A DNA stretch of 64,000 nt, from contig OZ024745.1 of assembly GCA_964016885.1 (NCBI GenBank), positions 102,858,001 to 102,922,000 of the forward strand, written 5' to 3'. Numbering within the stretch: the first letter of the stretch is position 1; each line of letters opens with the position of its first letter. This stretch comes from Eledone cirrhosa. Its lineage: Eukaryota. Made by a program: the position numbers and the translations under genes. Positions 50,217-62,325 of the stretch are shown here, piece after piece. Under the pieces are notes generated by a model, which ran no database searches, was not told the origin of the DNA, and saw nothing but the letters and a program-made list of their open reading frames with translations.

Positions 50217-50462
50217 CATCCAGCTGTAGAAAACCCGCCAGACAGTCCACGCTGTAATGTGGCCGTGTAGGCAACACGGTAAAAACCTCCCAGTCCCACA
50301 CTGTAAATGTGGTTGGTGTTAGGAAGGGCATCCAGCTGTAGAAAACCCGCCAGACAGTCCTATGTGAGCAAGACAACCACTCTTGCCTCGAGTGGGAAAA
50401 CTCCCGTCCAAACCCATGAAAGCGTGGAACATGGACGTTAAACGATGATGATGATGATGATG
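50217..50462 (+). mobile_element. 5'-truncated module-plus-tail element (same type as the RTE 3'UTR at 15105-15330)
   Basis: AAAACCTCCCAGTCCCACACTGTAAATGTGGTTGGTGTTAGGAAGGGCATCC...CCCATGAAAGCGTGG..(GAT)n. Confidence 0.8.
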
Positions 50463-52343
50463 TTATAGCATATTGTTATAGTAGGCTGCAAATTGGCAGA
50501 GTAGTTAGAATGTCGGATAGAATGCTTTGCAGTATTTGTTAATGCTCTCTGAAGTTTGAATCCTGTCAAAATCAACTTTGCTTTTCATCCTTTTTAGATT
50601 GCTAAAATAAAAGTACCAGTCCAGTACTGGAGTTGATTGTTCCTCTATATCTCTTTCTCAATCACTTGCTATTACTCTATTTTTCTTGAAGAAATCAAAC
50701 ATGTTCAGACCTGGAGAGGAATTGGCTCCACCTCGTTTAAAATGCCAAAGAACTGCCATATATCACTATGGTGCCTCTATAACACTACCATGAGTTATGA
50801 CTCCATACATACATTGTTATAGTATACTTACTGTGTATTAAATGGTGGCAGGGAGGGGGGAGAATGCCGGAAGTTTCCACAGCTACAGGCTCTACCACAA
50901 ACCTATCAGAGAGCAGCCAATACTTGGACAGTTTGCCCTCTTCGGCTTGGTGGGCAGCAGAACCTGGGTTGATAGCCGAACGCAGCAGGTTGCCATTAGA
51001 ATGTTATGAATACCATTTTAATAATTAGATAATTAAGAATTTTAGCAAATCTCTTTAAATTCTTCATTAACTAATCAAAATACAGTAACCATATTAATCA
51101 AAATTTGTAACCATATTTCATTAGAAATATGGTTACAAAAGTATTAAGCTACTTAACCAATATTTTAACTATTAACTCGGGGTTATTTCTTGCCTGCGGT
51201 TACTTTATCTCCAAATGTTTTTAGAGAAACACCAGTACTCTCATTTTTTTTCTAATTTTTATCAGTGTTAATTTTTTACCTTCTTTACTGTATGTTATAA
51301 TGATATATAATAACGTTCATAATAAGTATCTATACTAGAACATAAATAGGTGTCACATATTTGGTGCGAAGGAGGTGGGCGATAAATTAACCAAAGTATT
51401 AGAGACTTCAGTATCAGTTCTGACTACATGTAACGATATATAGGAAGTTATTGGCTTATATCAGTTACTTTATAGTCGAAGGGAAATAATTCTCATCATT
51501 CAAGAACTGTAACTTTATTTTTATGTAAGACAATTTGGTAATATTTATAAATTTTCAATAGATATATATTTTTTAATTGATGGCGTGGAATAGCAGATAC
51601 ACGAGCAAGACAAGCTAAATACCTTGCTTCCCTTTACGTTCCTAGTATATTATCCCGTCAAGTTCAACTTTGCTTTTCATGCAAAGGCCGTTGTAAACAA
51701 CTGTATCCTTCAACAAAACTTGTGGCTTTATTTTATGTCGGAACTAATAACATAATTATTTCACTGAATATTTTCACCACGGAGAAACTGTTCTCCCGAC
51801 ACGTCTTCATATTTATCCTACTTCATCGAATGTATGTAATCATTAGCTGCACAGTTTCAATAATTTTACCGATAAATTTGGAACAAATACAACAAATAAA
51901 TACTAAAGATAGATTAGCAAAATGTAATAAACGGTTGGAGAAAGTCTGAAAAATTAATAAGCGAAGGAAAAGGTAATTCGAGACCTGAGAGTTAAAGCTT
52001 GTAATTCAAAAACAGCAACTAGTATTCCAAGGGAGGTAATCGTTTCTTTAATATATCAAATTATTTCCCTTTAACCTTTTCTGCAACATTGGAAATGTTT
52101 ACATGTTGTACAAGGTGAAGTAGGATGAAATGTAACTTTGCATGAGTAACTTGAGAATTCCCAGTTACTCTCGAACAACGCTGGTACAATAATGACTATA
52201 TTTTTACAATTGCACTCTCATGCATTGCAAGGGAAATTTAGTTTGTTTGTTTTTTTCCTATGGTTTATGAAGTTTTGAACGAATATTGCCTTCTATCAGT
52301 TAACTGAAAAGCAAATACTTTCCTTTGGGTGAGACATGTTTAA

Positions 52344-53237
52344 CTCTTTAGCATTTAAACCAGCCGTATCCAGTCAGAATTCTCTCACCTCTTTCTGTTC
52401 TAACCGTTGTTTAGGTATTGTTCTCCTAATAAATAACATCAAAACCACATAGCTTTGATATTATGTAAGACTAGCTGGTCCCGTGTCGTAAAAAATGACG
52501 GCTCAAGGGTAGATGAGTATTTGTATATACCTTTCAACTGCGGACGTTTTATATTTTTGATAATTCTAATGTATTTCGATATTGCTAGGGACTTGGCTCC
52601 CTGGACAACACATACACACAAACACTCACAGACACATAGACTCACAAAAGTGTAGCCAATCTAAGAACGCTGGTTAAAAATAATTATTACATACTCACAC
52701 ATATGTGTGTAAGTATGTGTGTTTGTGCATATGTATACATTTATATGTATGAGTAACACAGGTGTAGCGAACGCTGTTTTCTATAATTTGTCAGCCCCAT
52801 TCCTTCCACACTCATCGCATAGAAGTGTGTGTATGTAATCCTTATTTTGTATAATGTATCTGTTTATGTATATGTTTGTATTTATCTCTATATACTCATA
52901 GAGGAGTTACCGCCCTTGATGTGACGGACAAAAACACAAGAGACGATCGACTTTCGTCAAAGCGGACCGAGGAAACAATGTTTCCGTTGGTCTTTCTAAT
53001 TGCTAATACTATCTATCGGTCGCAACTCCAGGTAGAAGGAGTAACGTGAAATAAAGTGATTTGCTCAAGGACATAACGTGTCGCCCGGTCCAGGCATCGA
53101 ACTGACAACCTCGCAATTGCGAATCCAGTTCTCTAACCAATCAGCCACATGCATCATATATTAGTAGATAATTGGGAGATAAAGCTTTCACCATGAAAAT
53201 ACAATAGTGAATATAAAGTAATGTAAATGCTGAAGTG
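52344..53237. mobile_element. piggyBac-type MITE split by a Helitron
   Basis: The left half ends GATATTATGTAAGA (52470) and the right half resumes TAATT (53169), restoring the family sequence. TTAA at both ends. Confidence 0.8.
52471..53168 (-). mobile_element. Non-autonomous Helitron carrying an old SINE head
   Basis: On the - strand it starts A|TCTACTAATA (53168) and ends CCGTC..GACACGGGACCAG-CTAG|T (52471). Inserted between A and T with no TSD. tRNA-like SINE head at ~53030-53155. Confidence 0.75.
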
Positions 53238-53255
53238 TTAAGTCATTTCATTTAA

Positions 53256-53818
53256 CCCTTTAGCATTCACATTATTTTATATATATACCCCGCCGAGGTT
53301 AACTTTGCCTTTCATCCTTACGGGGTCGATAAAATAAAGTACCAGTAATGTACTGGGTATTTGCTTGGCCTTGTGCCAATAGTAGAAACAATTATTTTAT
53401 ATATTATTATATTTTCATGGTAAAGGCTTTACCTCACAAAATTATCTCACATAATATTGAATCTATGAGATTTTGAAAGTATTTATTTTGAGAACAATAC
53501 CTTAACATCAGTATGAGCGATCAGTTACAGCCAGTTTCAACAGAAAGAGGTAGAGAATTCTGGCCAGTTTGGGCCAGTTTGAACACTAAAGGGTTAACCC
53601 TTTAGCATTTAAACTAGCTGTATATAGACAGAATTCTCTCACCTCTTTCTGTTGAAACTGGCCATAATTGGCTACTCATACTTATGCTAAGGTATTGTTC
53701 TCAAAATAAATAATATCAAAATCTCATAGATTCGATATTATGTTAGATAATTATTTGATATAAAGTGTTTACCGTAAAAATGCAATAGTAAATATAGAGT
53801 AATGTAAATACTAAAGGG
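53256..53818. mobile_element. Two piggyBac-type MITEs in opposite orientation sharing one TTAA (the first contains a SINE B fragment)
   Basis: 53256-53593 and 53598-53818, joined by AAAGGG-TTAA-CCCTTT. Confidence 0.85.
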
Positions 53819-53892
53819 TTAAGTTATTTCAGTTAAGTTATTTTTATAATTGAAAAAAGAATTATAATTTTAATTATTTGTCTTTATTACAG

Positions 53893-53974
53893 TTGCTTCC
53901 AAATATCTGTCCAAAACACTCAGATCTGCCACTTGGTGTGGAGGAGAAAAACAGATACATCGATGTGCTTCCAA
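53893..53974 (+). CDS. Receptor PTP exon with the KNRY phosphotyrosine-recognition loop
   Basis: TTACAG| ... CCA A|GTAAGT, phase 0/1. LLPNICPKHSDLPLGVEEKNRYIDVLP carries the classical PTP motif 1 (KNRY..vlP). Confidence 0.92.
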
Positions 53975-54096
53975 GTAAGTTTTCCTTGACCAATTCTTTG
54001 ACCATTTCTAAATATCTGAGATGAGTTATTCATAATTACATTATAATTTTTCAGACTATTAATCTCATTTAAAGGCTTTTAAAAGGTTCAAAAGTT

Positions 54097-54668
54097 TCGG
54101 TAGAGCGTCAGATACCATGCTTTGCAGCATAGCGCTATGGCCCTTTACGTTCTGAGTTCAAATCCTGCCGAGGTTAACATTGCCTTTCATCCTTACAGGG
54201 TTAATAAAATAAAGTACCAGTAATGCACTGGTGGGGGGGTAATTGCTGGTCTTGTGCCAAACGTAGAAACATTTGGCAGTATCGGTAGAGGGCTGGACGC
54301 CATGCTTTCTAGCATAGTTACGTCTCTTTAAGGTCTGAGTTCAAATCCCGTCGAGGTTAACTTTGCCTTTCATCCTTATGGGGTCGATAAAATAAAGTAC
54401 CAGTAATGTACTGGGTATTTGCTGGCCTTGTGCCAAAAGTAGAAACAATTATTATTACTATTGGTAAGGGCGGTGGATTGGCAGTATCGATAAAGGGTCG
54501 GACGCCATGCTTTGCAGCAAAGAGTTACGGCCCTTTATGGTCTGAGTTCAAATCCTGCCGAGGTTAACTTTGCCTTTCATCCTTACGGGGTCGATAAAAT
54601 AAAGAACCAGTAATGCACTGGGATAATTGCTGGCCTTGTGCCAAAAGTAGAAATAATTATTATTACTA
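54097..54668 (+). mobile_element. Three tandem SINE B copies
   Basis: Units at ~54097-54271, 54272-54458 and 54468-54668. Confidence 0.9.
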
Positions 54669-55464
54669 TTATGGCTTTATATATAATAAAGCCATAATAG
54701 TAATAATAATTAGTTTGCTTGAAGCATTGTATATGTGGAAAGTTGTATAAGGTTAAACAATGCAAAATTGACATTAAGATGAGGTAACGAAAAAGTAATA
54801 TCTGGTAATCTTTGTTTTGATTTTTTATACTCTGAAGAAAGGAATTTTAAGTCCCAAAATATTAGGACAAGACAGATAACAGCAAAAAAACAAAACAAAA
54901 AAAAAAACTATCTGTTCATAACACCTGATTTGATTTGAATCAGGAAACTTAATTTCTAAACTTGAATTACAGGTAGTAACCTTCTGAAAAAAAGGATTCT
55001 TGGCCTTCGTTGAGAAATAAAGCTTCCCAATTTAAATTTGTCTGGTTTGATATACTTATTCAGGTTCATCCGAGATCAAATTGACTAAAAATAATGTAAA
55101 TATTAAGTTGGTCATATCTGAAGATAAGATTAATAGTAAAAAACATGTACATATAATTTTAAATCCTTATCTATTTTGATTACCTATCTATTTATTTGTA
55201 ATATAATCATTCTGTTGTTGGCAAATTTAACATTTTTATTTTGCTTGAATACATTTAGCTCATAAAAATCACATATGATAAAAGGAAAAACTATATTTAT
55301 GTCATGTCTGAAATATGATCCTGCAACCACAGATTTGATTTGTGGTTAAAATATTTACAAACCAATCATACCTACTCATTGACTGCATGATCAATAGTCC
55401 CATTTTCTCAGCCAAAATCCTAATGTGATAACAAATTTTACTGACTAGGTTCCTGGAGAAAAGT

Positions 55465-55780
55465 TATAATAATAATAATAATGAAAATTATTGTGTACAG
55501 TGCTCAGGTGCACTACAACTCATTAAAAGTGCATGTATAGTACGTATTATAATGTACAAATGTCAGGAAAGTGAACAGTGTATGAATCATACACATGGAC
55601 ACATGTGTGTGTGTGTATGGTGTATAGAGGGGAAATATCAGGTGTAGTATTGGCGAATTTTGGGAAGCATGGAAGTTTTGAAGGATGAAGTGTCCTGACA
55701 GCTAACAACTGATGCAGGTAGTTTGTTCTATGCTTCAGCAACCCTCCGTGTGTTTGTTCCATGCTTCATCAACTCTGAGC
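55465..55780 (-). mobile_element. CR1/L2-group LINE 3' end (second copy at ~59583-59885)
   Basis: The reverse complement encodes VAEA(W)NKLPASVVSCQDTSSFK, followed by a 3'UTR and (ATT)n tail. Confidence 0.75.
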
Positions 55781-56645
55781 TGCCTAAAACTGTTATCTTT
55801 TATTGAATAAAGATTGTTTTCTGGCAGCAGTGGTATGAATTCAAACCATCCATGTTTTGGATCAAACATTGCTTACTACCTCTGCCATGGAAGTCAAGGT
55901 TGCACAAGAAATGAACTAAGCAAAGCAAAGATTATTATAAAAGAAAGTGTCAATTTACTCTTTCACTTCTCTACAAACTGACATGCAGGCAGTCACGTTT
56001 CAAGCTGAGTAGGTCAAATGTCATTAAAGCTTTTGCCACCAGCACACTCAGTACGAGATTTAGGTCTATTGAGGCCATGTGCTAGTTAAGTTATGAGGCC
56101 CTCCCTGGTCAATAGGGCCTTGTGCTTAAGCACACCTAAGCACAGTAGTAAATCCAGCACTGCATACAATGTCACTTTTACCGACAACAATACAGAAGAG
56201 ATATTCAAAGCAGCCACTGTCTTGCTTATTCATACAACTCAATAGGCCAACACAGGAATTTGCTTCTTTCTATAACAGGGTGAGGACATTTTTAAATCTT
56301 AGATCCATTTTTAGCAACTCAAAAAGTAAAATAATTTAGATCATTAGAGCCACAAGATTTATTATAAAATAAATAAATAGAAGAAAACATGAATTTAGCT
56401 AACTTTCTACTTACTCAATGTTAGTTTTGGCTTTGAATCTTATCTAAAATTGTTTCAATGTCTGGGTAATAAATTGTGGTTCTAAGATTGCAGATTTAAT
56501 AAAATAGAGCCACTCAATGTAGGAGAAAGTTAGCAATCAATAACTACTAAACAAAAAGCTATCTTATAAAGACTTAGGGAAATTCATGTTCTCTCAAAAT
56601 TACAGTTATAAAGGAAGTAATAAGAAGTGTAAACATAACTCTGTA

Positions 56646-57050
56646 CATCATCATCATCATCATCATTAATGGTTATTTTCCATCCTAGCATGGGTTAGAT
56701 GAGTTGTCCTGTTTTGAGACAAGTCAGATTAGGTGACCATGTCTTGCTCATACAGAACTGTTTCTGGGGTGGTTTCTAGAGTCGGATGCCCTTCCTAATG
56801 CCAACTACATTACAACATGGACTAGGTGCATTTTATCATGGCATCAAAACAACCTAGTGTACTTTATCATTATTCACCTGCACTACCACTTTACAGTGTA
56901 AACTGGATGCTTTTTGTTATGTCCCCAATGTGACCACTTTACAATGTAGACTGGATGCTTTTTGTCATGTCACCAACATGACCACTTTACAGTGTAGACT
57001 GGATGCTTTTTGTTGTGTCCCCAACATGACCACTTTACAAAGTGGACTGG
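56646..57050 (-). mobile_element. Old module-plus-tail element with tandem ~43-bp modules (second copy at ~60810-61212)
   Basis: (CAT)n, stem-loop, GGATGCCCTTCCTAA, repeated GACCACTTTACAGTGTAGACTGGATGCTTTTTGT. Confidence 0.75.
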
Positions 57051-57506
57051 ATGAAGCTGCTAATTTTCAACCAAGAATTTATAGAGATTTAGTGAAGTAA
57101 CTAACTTTCATATTATTAAGCTGGTATTTGCAACATGACTAACAAAGGTTCTTACATAAGATTATGCTGGAAGGTTTTTAGATAAATATAAAAACTTTAA
57201 AACAAACAGTTTCTATCACAGAACCAGCAGCAGTTGTTTTCAAAAGGGTTTAAATTTTTACACTAGGTCATCACTAAACACACATTTGTTTATTTGAATA
57301 AAACAGTAAATCAGTTCAATTCAATGTTCATACTTAACTTAGATATTCTTAAATGAATCCTGAATGTGTTCAATGATGGGTGACTGATACTTGCAATGCA
57401 AATAAAATTTATATTGAATTTGAAAGAGAAAGATTGCAAAACCATAGTAATGTTGTTCAGGTCTTATCGGTGTGTTTGTTGATTTTTTTTTCTCTCTTAG
57501 ATTAAT

Positions 57507-57694
57507 TGATTCTACTTTTAGGCACAAGGCCAGCAATTACCCAGTACATTACTGGTACTTTATTTTATCGACCCCGTAAGGTTGAAAGGCAAAGTCAACC
57601 TCGGCGGGACTTGAACTCAGATCGTAAAGGGACGTAACTATGCTGGAAAGCATGGCGTCCGACCCTCTACCGATACTGCCAATCCACCGCCCTA
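57507..57694 (-). mobile_element. Young SINE B with 18-bp TSD, present only in duplication copy 1
   Basis: TTTCTCTCTTAGATTAAT at 57489-57506 and 57695-57712. The empty site is at ~61652-61669. Confidence 0.93.
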
Positions 57695-58010
57695 TTTCTC
57701 TCTTAGATTAATATCAGTACAGTTATAGTGTATGTATGTGTGTATGTGTGCATGTCTACATGTGTGTCATGTCTGTCTGTCTGTGTCGATGTGGGTGTGT
57801 TCTTAAACTGAATCCAATTAGAGAGTGTGAGTGACATGGAAATATTATATAAATAAACTTGTCTGGGAGCAGGTAAGGAGAAAACTAACATACAGACACT
57901 TTTTTAATAGAGGAGCAGGGTTCAATTTATCCTCAGGAGAGCAATTGGGGAAAATCATGGGGGATGTGTGTGACAGGAAATCTCTTCCATTTACCAAGAC
58001 AACACTTAAA

Positions 58011-58394
58011 GAAGTATTGATCTGCTCTACAAGATACACAGATATATTGATCTGCTCTTCAAGATACACAGAAGTATTGATCTGCTCTTCAAGATACACA
58101 GATATATTGATCTGCTCTTCAAGATACACAGAAGTATTGATCTGCTCTTCAAGATACACAGAAGTATTGATTTTCTCTTCAAGATACACAGAAGTATTGA
58201 TCTGCTCTTTAAGATACACAGAAGTATTGATCTGCTCTTCAAGATACACAGAAGTATTGATCTGCTCTTCAAGATACACAGAAGTATTGATCTGCTCTTC
58301 AAGATACACAGAAGTATTGATCTGCTCTTCAAGATACACAGAAGTATTGATCTTCTCTTTAAGATACACAGATATATTGATCTGCTCTTCAAGA
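58011..58394. repeat. 30-bp minisatellite (GAAGTATTGATCTGCTCTTCAAGATACACA), ~13 units
   Basis: Direct tandem units with no spacers. Confidence 0.95.
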
Positions 58395-61300
58395 CCAAAG
58401 TCAAAATGGAATGTCAGGTACAAATAATATGTGAAAGGGAAACACTTGCTCATTTACTCTTACCTTAATATATGGATCAGAATAACATTGTTAGTGATGT
58501 TGATCCTTGGATTGTTTTTAATTTTGTTGGGTAATATAAATGGGTGGTATGTGTGAAGGTGGAGAAAAATGGCATGCTGTTGGAAGTGGTCAGTATGGAT
58601 TTGCAATTCTTTATGTCCCTTTGAAGCTAATGAGTCATTCTGGGGTTGTGCTCCTTCTTGAGTACAGAGACTAAAGGTATGACATTGACAGTCTAAAGCA
58701 GAAGCCAAACTGTTAGGTTTGTGGCAGTAAAGGTCATTTAAGAACTTCTTGCCCTCATGAGTTTAAAAAAACAATAAAAAACAAAAAGGAAAGCAACAAT
58801 AGTAACAACAGAATTTAGGGATTGAGGGAGTAGATTGCCTAATCCTTGGATTGAGAAGCTGACCAGGAAGCTAAAAGGAGCCCTCCCCCTCTCCCTCCTA
58901 GTGACAATAAGGAAGACATGTAAGAAGGAAGTGGTCAGCAACAACAAACCATGAAGGCTACAGTAGGAAATTATGCAGTAAAACAAATTAATAGAGATTT
59001 CTAATTTAAGCACAAGGCCAGCAATTTGGGGAGCATGGAAGTTGATCATATTGCTCCAGTATTTTACTGGTACTTTATTTTCTCGACCGCAGAATGTTGA
59101 AAGGTAAAGTTGACTCTGATGGGATTTAAACTCAGAACACAGTAGCCATAATTAAAAGCTACAAAGCATTTTGTTTGATACTCTAAAATAAATTAATAGT
59201 GAGAGAATGATACAGATGTTATTATAAATAATATAAGATATTTGAACTTCTAAAGTCCTAAGAGATTATGAGGTTCATAGAATGTAGAAACTCAGACACA
59301 GTTCGCTTCTATAAATAGTTTAGAAAATCAGGTAAAGATCCCTTCTAGATATAAAATATCTGTAAACACGGTTGTTATAAATAACTTAGAAAATCAGGTA
59401 AAGATCCCGTATAGATATAAAATAACTACAATATGATCCTGCAACCACAGATTTGATTTGTGGTTAAAATATTTACAAACCAATCATACCTACTCATTGA
59501 CTGCATGATCAATAGTCCCATTTTTTCAGCCAAAATCCTAATGTGATAACAAATTTTACTGACTAGGTTCCTGGAGAAAAGTTATAATAATAATGAAAAT
59601 TATTGTGTACAGTGCTCAGGTGCACTACAACTCATTAAAAGTGCATGTATAGTACATAGTATAATGTACAAATGTCAGGAAAGTGAACAGTGTATGAATC
59701 ATACACATGGACACATGTGTGCCTGTGTATGGTGTATAGAGGGGAAATATCAGGTGTAGTGTTAGCGAATTTTGGGAAGCATGGAAGATTTGAAGGATGA
59801 AGTGTCCTGACAGCTAACAACTGATGCAGGTAGTTTGTTCTATGCTTCAGCAACCCTCCGTGTGTTCCATGCTTCAGCAAGTCTGAGCTGCCTAAAACTA
59901 TTATCTTTTATTGAATAAAGATTGTTTTCTGGCAGCAGTGGTATGAATTCAAACCATCCATGTTTTGGATCAAACATTGCTTACTACCTCTGCCATGGAA
60001 GTCAAGGTTGCACAAGAAATGAACTAAGCAAAGCAAAGATTATTATAAAAGAAAGTGTCAATTTACTCTTTCACTTCTCTACAAACTGACATGCAGGCAG
60101 TCACGTTTCAAACTGAGTAGGTCAAATGTCATTAAAGCTTTTGCCACCAGCATACAATCAGTACCAGATTTAGGTCTATTGAGGCCCTGTGCTAGTTAAG
60201 TTATGAGGCCCCTTACTTGGGCCCTGAAGGAGGTAAAAAAACCTTTTGGCAGAAAGATAGGCCCTCCCTGGTCAATAGGGCCTTATGCTTAAGCACACCT
60301 AAGCACAGTGGTAAATCCAGCACGGCATACAATGTCACTTTTACCGACAACAATACAGAAGAGATATTCAAAGCAGCCACTGTCTTGCTTATTGATACAA
60401 CTCAATAGGGCAACACAGGAATTTATGCTTCTTTCTATAACAGGGTGAGGACATTTTTAAATCTTAGATCCATTTTTAGCAACTCAAACAGTACAATAAT
60501 TTAGATCATCAGAGCCACAAGATTTATTATAAAATAAATAAATAGAAGAAAACATGAATTTAGCTAACTTTCTACTTACTCAATGTTAGTTTTGGCTTTG
60601 AATCTTATCTAAAATTGTTTCAATGTCTGGGTAATAAATTGTGGTTCTAAGATTGCAGATTTAATAAAATAGAGCCACTCAATGTAGGAGAAAGTTAGCA
60701 ATCAATAACTACTAAACAAAAAGCTATCTTATAAAGACTTAGGGAAATTCATATTCTCTCAAAATTATAGTCATGAAGGGAGTAATAAGAAGTGTAAACA
60801 TAACTCTGTACATCATCATCATCATCATTAATGGTTATTTTCCATCCTAGCATGGGTTAGATGAGTTGTCCTGTTTTGAGACAAGTCAGATTAGGTGACC
60901 ATGTCTTGCTCATACAGAACTGTTTCTGGGGTGGTTTATAGAGTTGGATGCCCTTCTTAATGCCAACTACATTACAACATGGACTAGGTGCATTTTATCA
61001 TGGCATCAAAACAACCAAGTGAACTTTATCATTATTCACCTGCACTACCACTTTACAGTGTAAAATGGATGCTTTTTGTTATGTACCCAATGTGACCACT
61101 TTACAATGTAGACTGGATGCCTTTTGTCATGTCACCAACATGACCACTTTACAGTGTAGACTGGATGCTTTTTGTTGTGTCCCCAACATGACCACTTTAC
61201 AAAGTGGACTGGGTGAAGCTGCTTATTTTCAACCAAGAATTTATAGAGATTTAGTGAAGTAACTAACTTTCATATTATTAAGCTGGTATTTGCAACATGA

Positions 61301-61971
61301 CTAACAAAGGTTCTTACATAAGATTATGCTGGAAGGTTTTTAGATAAATATAAAAACTTTAAAACAAACAGTTTTGTATCACAGAACCAGCAGCAGTTGT
61401 TTTCAAAAGGGTTTAAATTTTTACACTAGGTCATCACTAAACACACACTTGATTATTTGAATAAAACAGTAAATCAGTTCAATTCAATGTTCATACTTAA
61501 CTTAGATATTCTTAAATGAATCCTGAATGTGTTCAATGATGGGTGACTGATACTTGCAATGCAAATAAAATTTATATTGAATTTAAAAGAGAAAGATTGC
61601 AAAACCATAGTAATGTTGTTCAGGTCTTATCGGTGTGTTTGTTGATTTTTTTTTCTCTCTTAGATTAATATCAGTACAGTTATAGTGTATGTGTGTGTGT
61701 GTGTGTGCATGTCTACGTGTGTGTCATGTCTCTCTGTCTGTCTGTGTGTACGTGGGTGTGTTCTTAAACTGAATCCAATTAGAGAGTGTGAGTGACATGG
61801 AAATATTATATAAATAAACTTGTCTGGGAGCAGGTAAGGAGAAAACTAACATACAGACACTTTTTTAATAGAGGAGCAGGGTTCAATTTATCCTCAGGAG
61901 AGCAATTGGGGAAAATCATGGGGGATGTGTGTGACAGGAAATCTCTTCCATTTACCAAGACAACACTTAAA

Positions 61972-62325
61972 GGAGTATTGATCTGCTCTTCAAGATACAT
62001 AGATATATTGATCTGCTCTTTAAGATACACAGAAGTATTGATCTGCTCTTCAAGATACACAGAAGTATTGATCTGCTCTTCAAGATACACAGAAGTATTG
62101 ATCTGCTCTTCAAGATACACAGAAGTATTGATCTGCTCTTTAAGATACACAGAAGTATTGATCTGCTCTTTAAGATACACAGAAGTATTGATCTGCTCTT
62201 TAAGATACACAGATATATTGATCTGCTCTTCAAGATACACAGATATATTGATCTGCTCTTCAAGATACACAGATATATTGATCTGCTCTTTAAGATACAC
62301 AGATATATTGATCTGCTCTTCAAGA
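61972..62325. repeat. 30-bp minisatellite, ~12 units (paralog of 58011-58394)
   Basis: Same unit, one copy fewer, with a different order of variant units. Confidence 0.95.

Noticed and set aside
55064-55180. Candidate next PTP exon after TTCAG
   Set aside because: The frame is open briefly but has no RVxL or YINA motif and no convincing donor.
58011-58394. CRISPR-like 30-bp repeat array
   Set aside because: Units are contiguous with no unique spacers, there are no cas genes, and the context is eukaryotic.
57831-58453. 198/202-aa ORFs on both strands (and the 188/192-aa paralogs at 61792-62384)
   Set aside because: They result from a stop-free 30-bp minisatellite. There is no splice or domain support.
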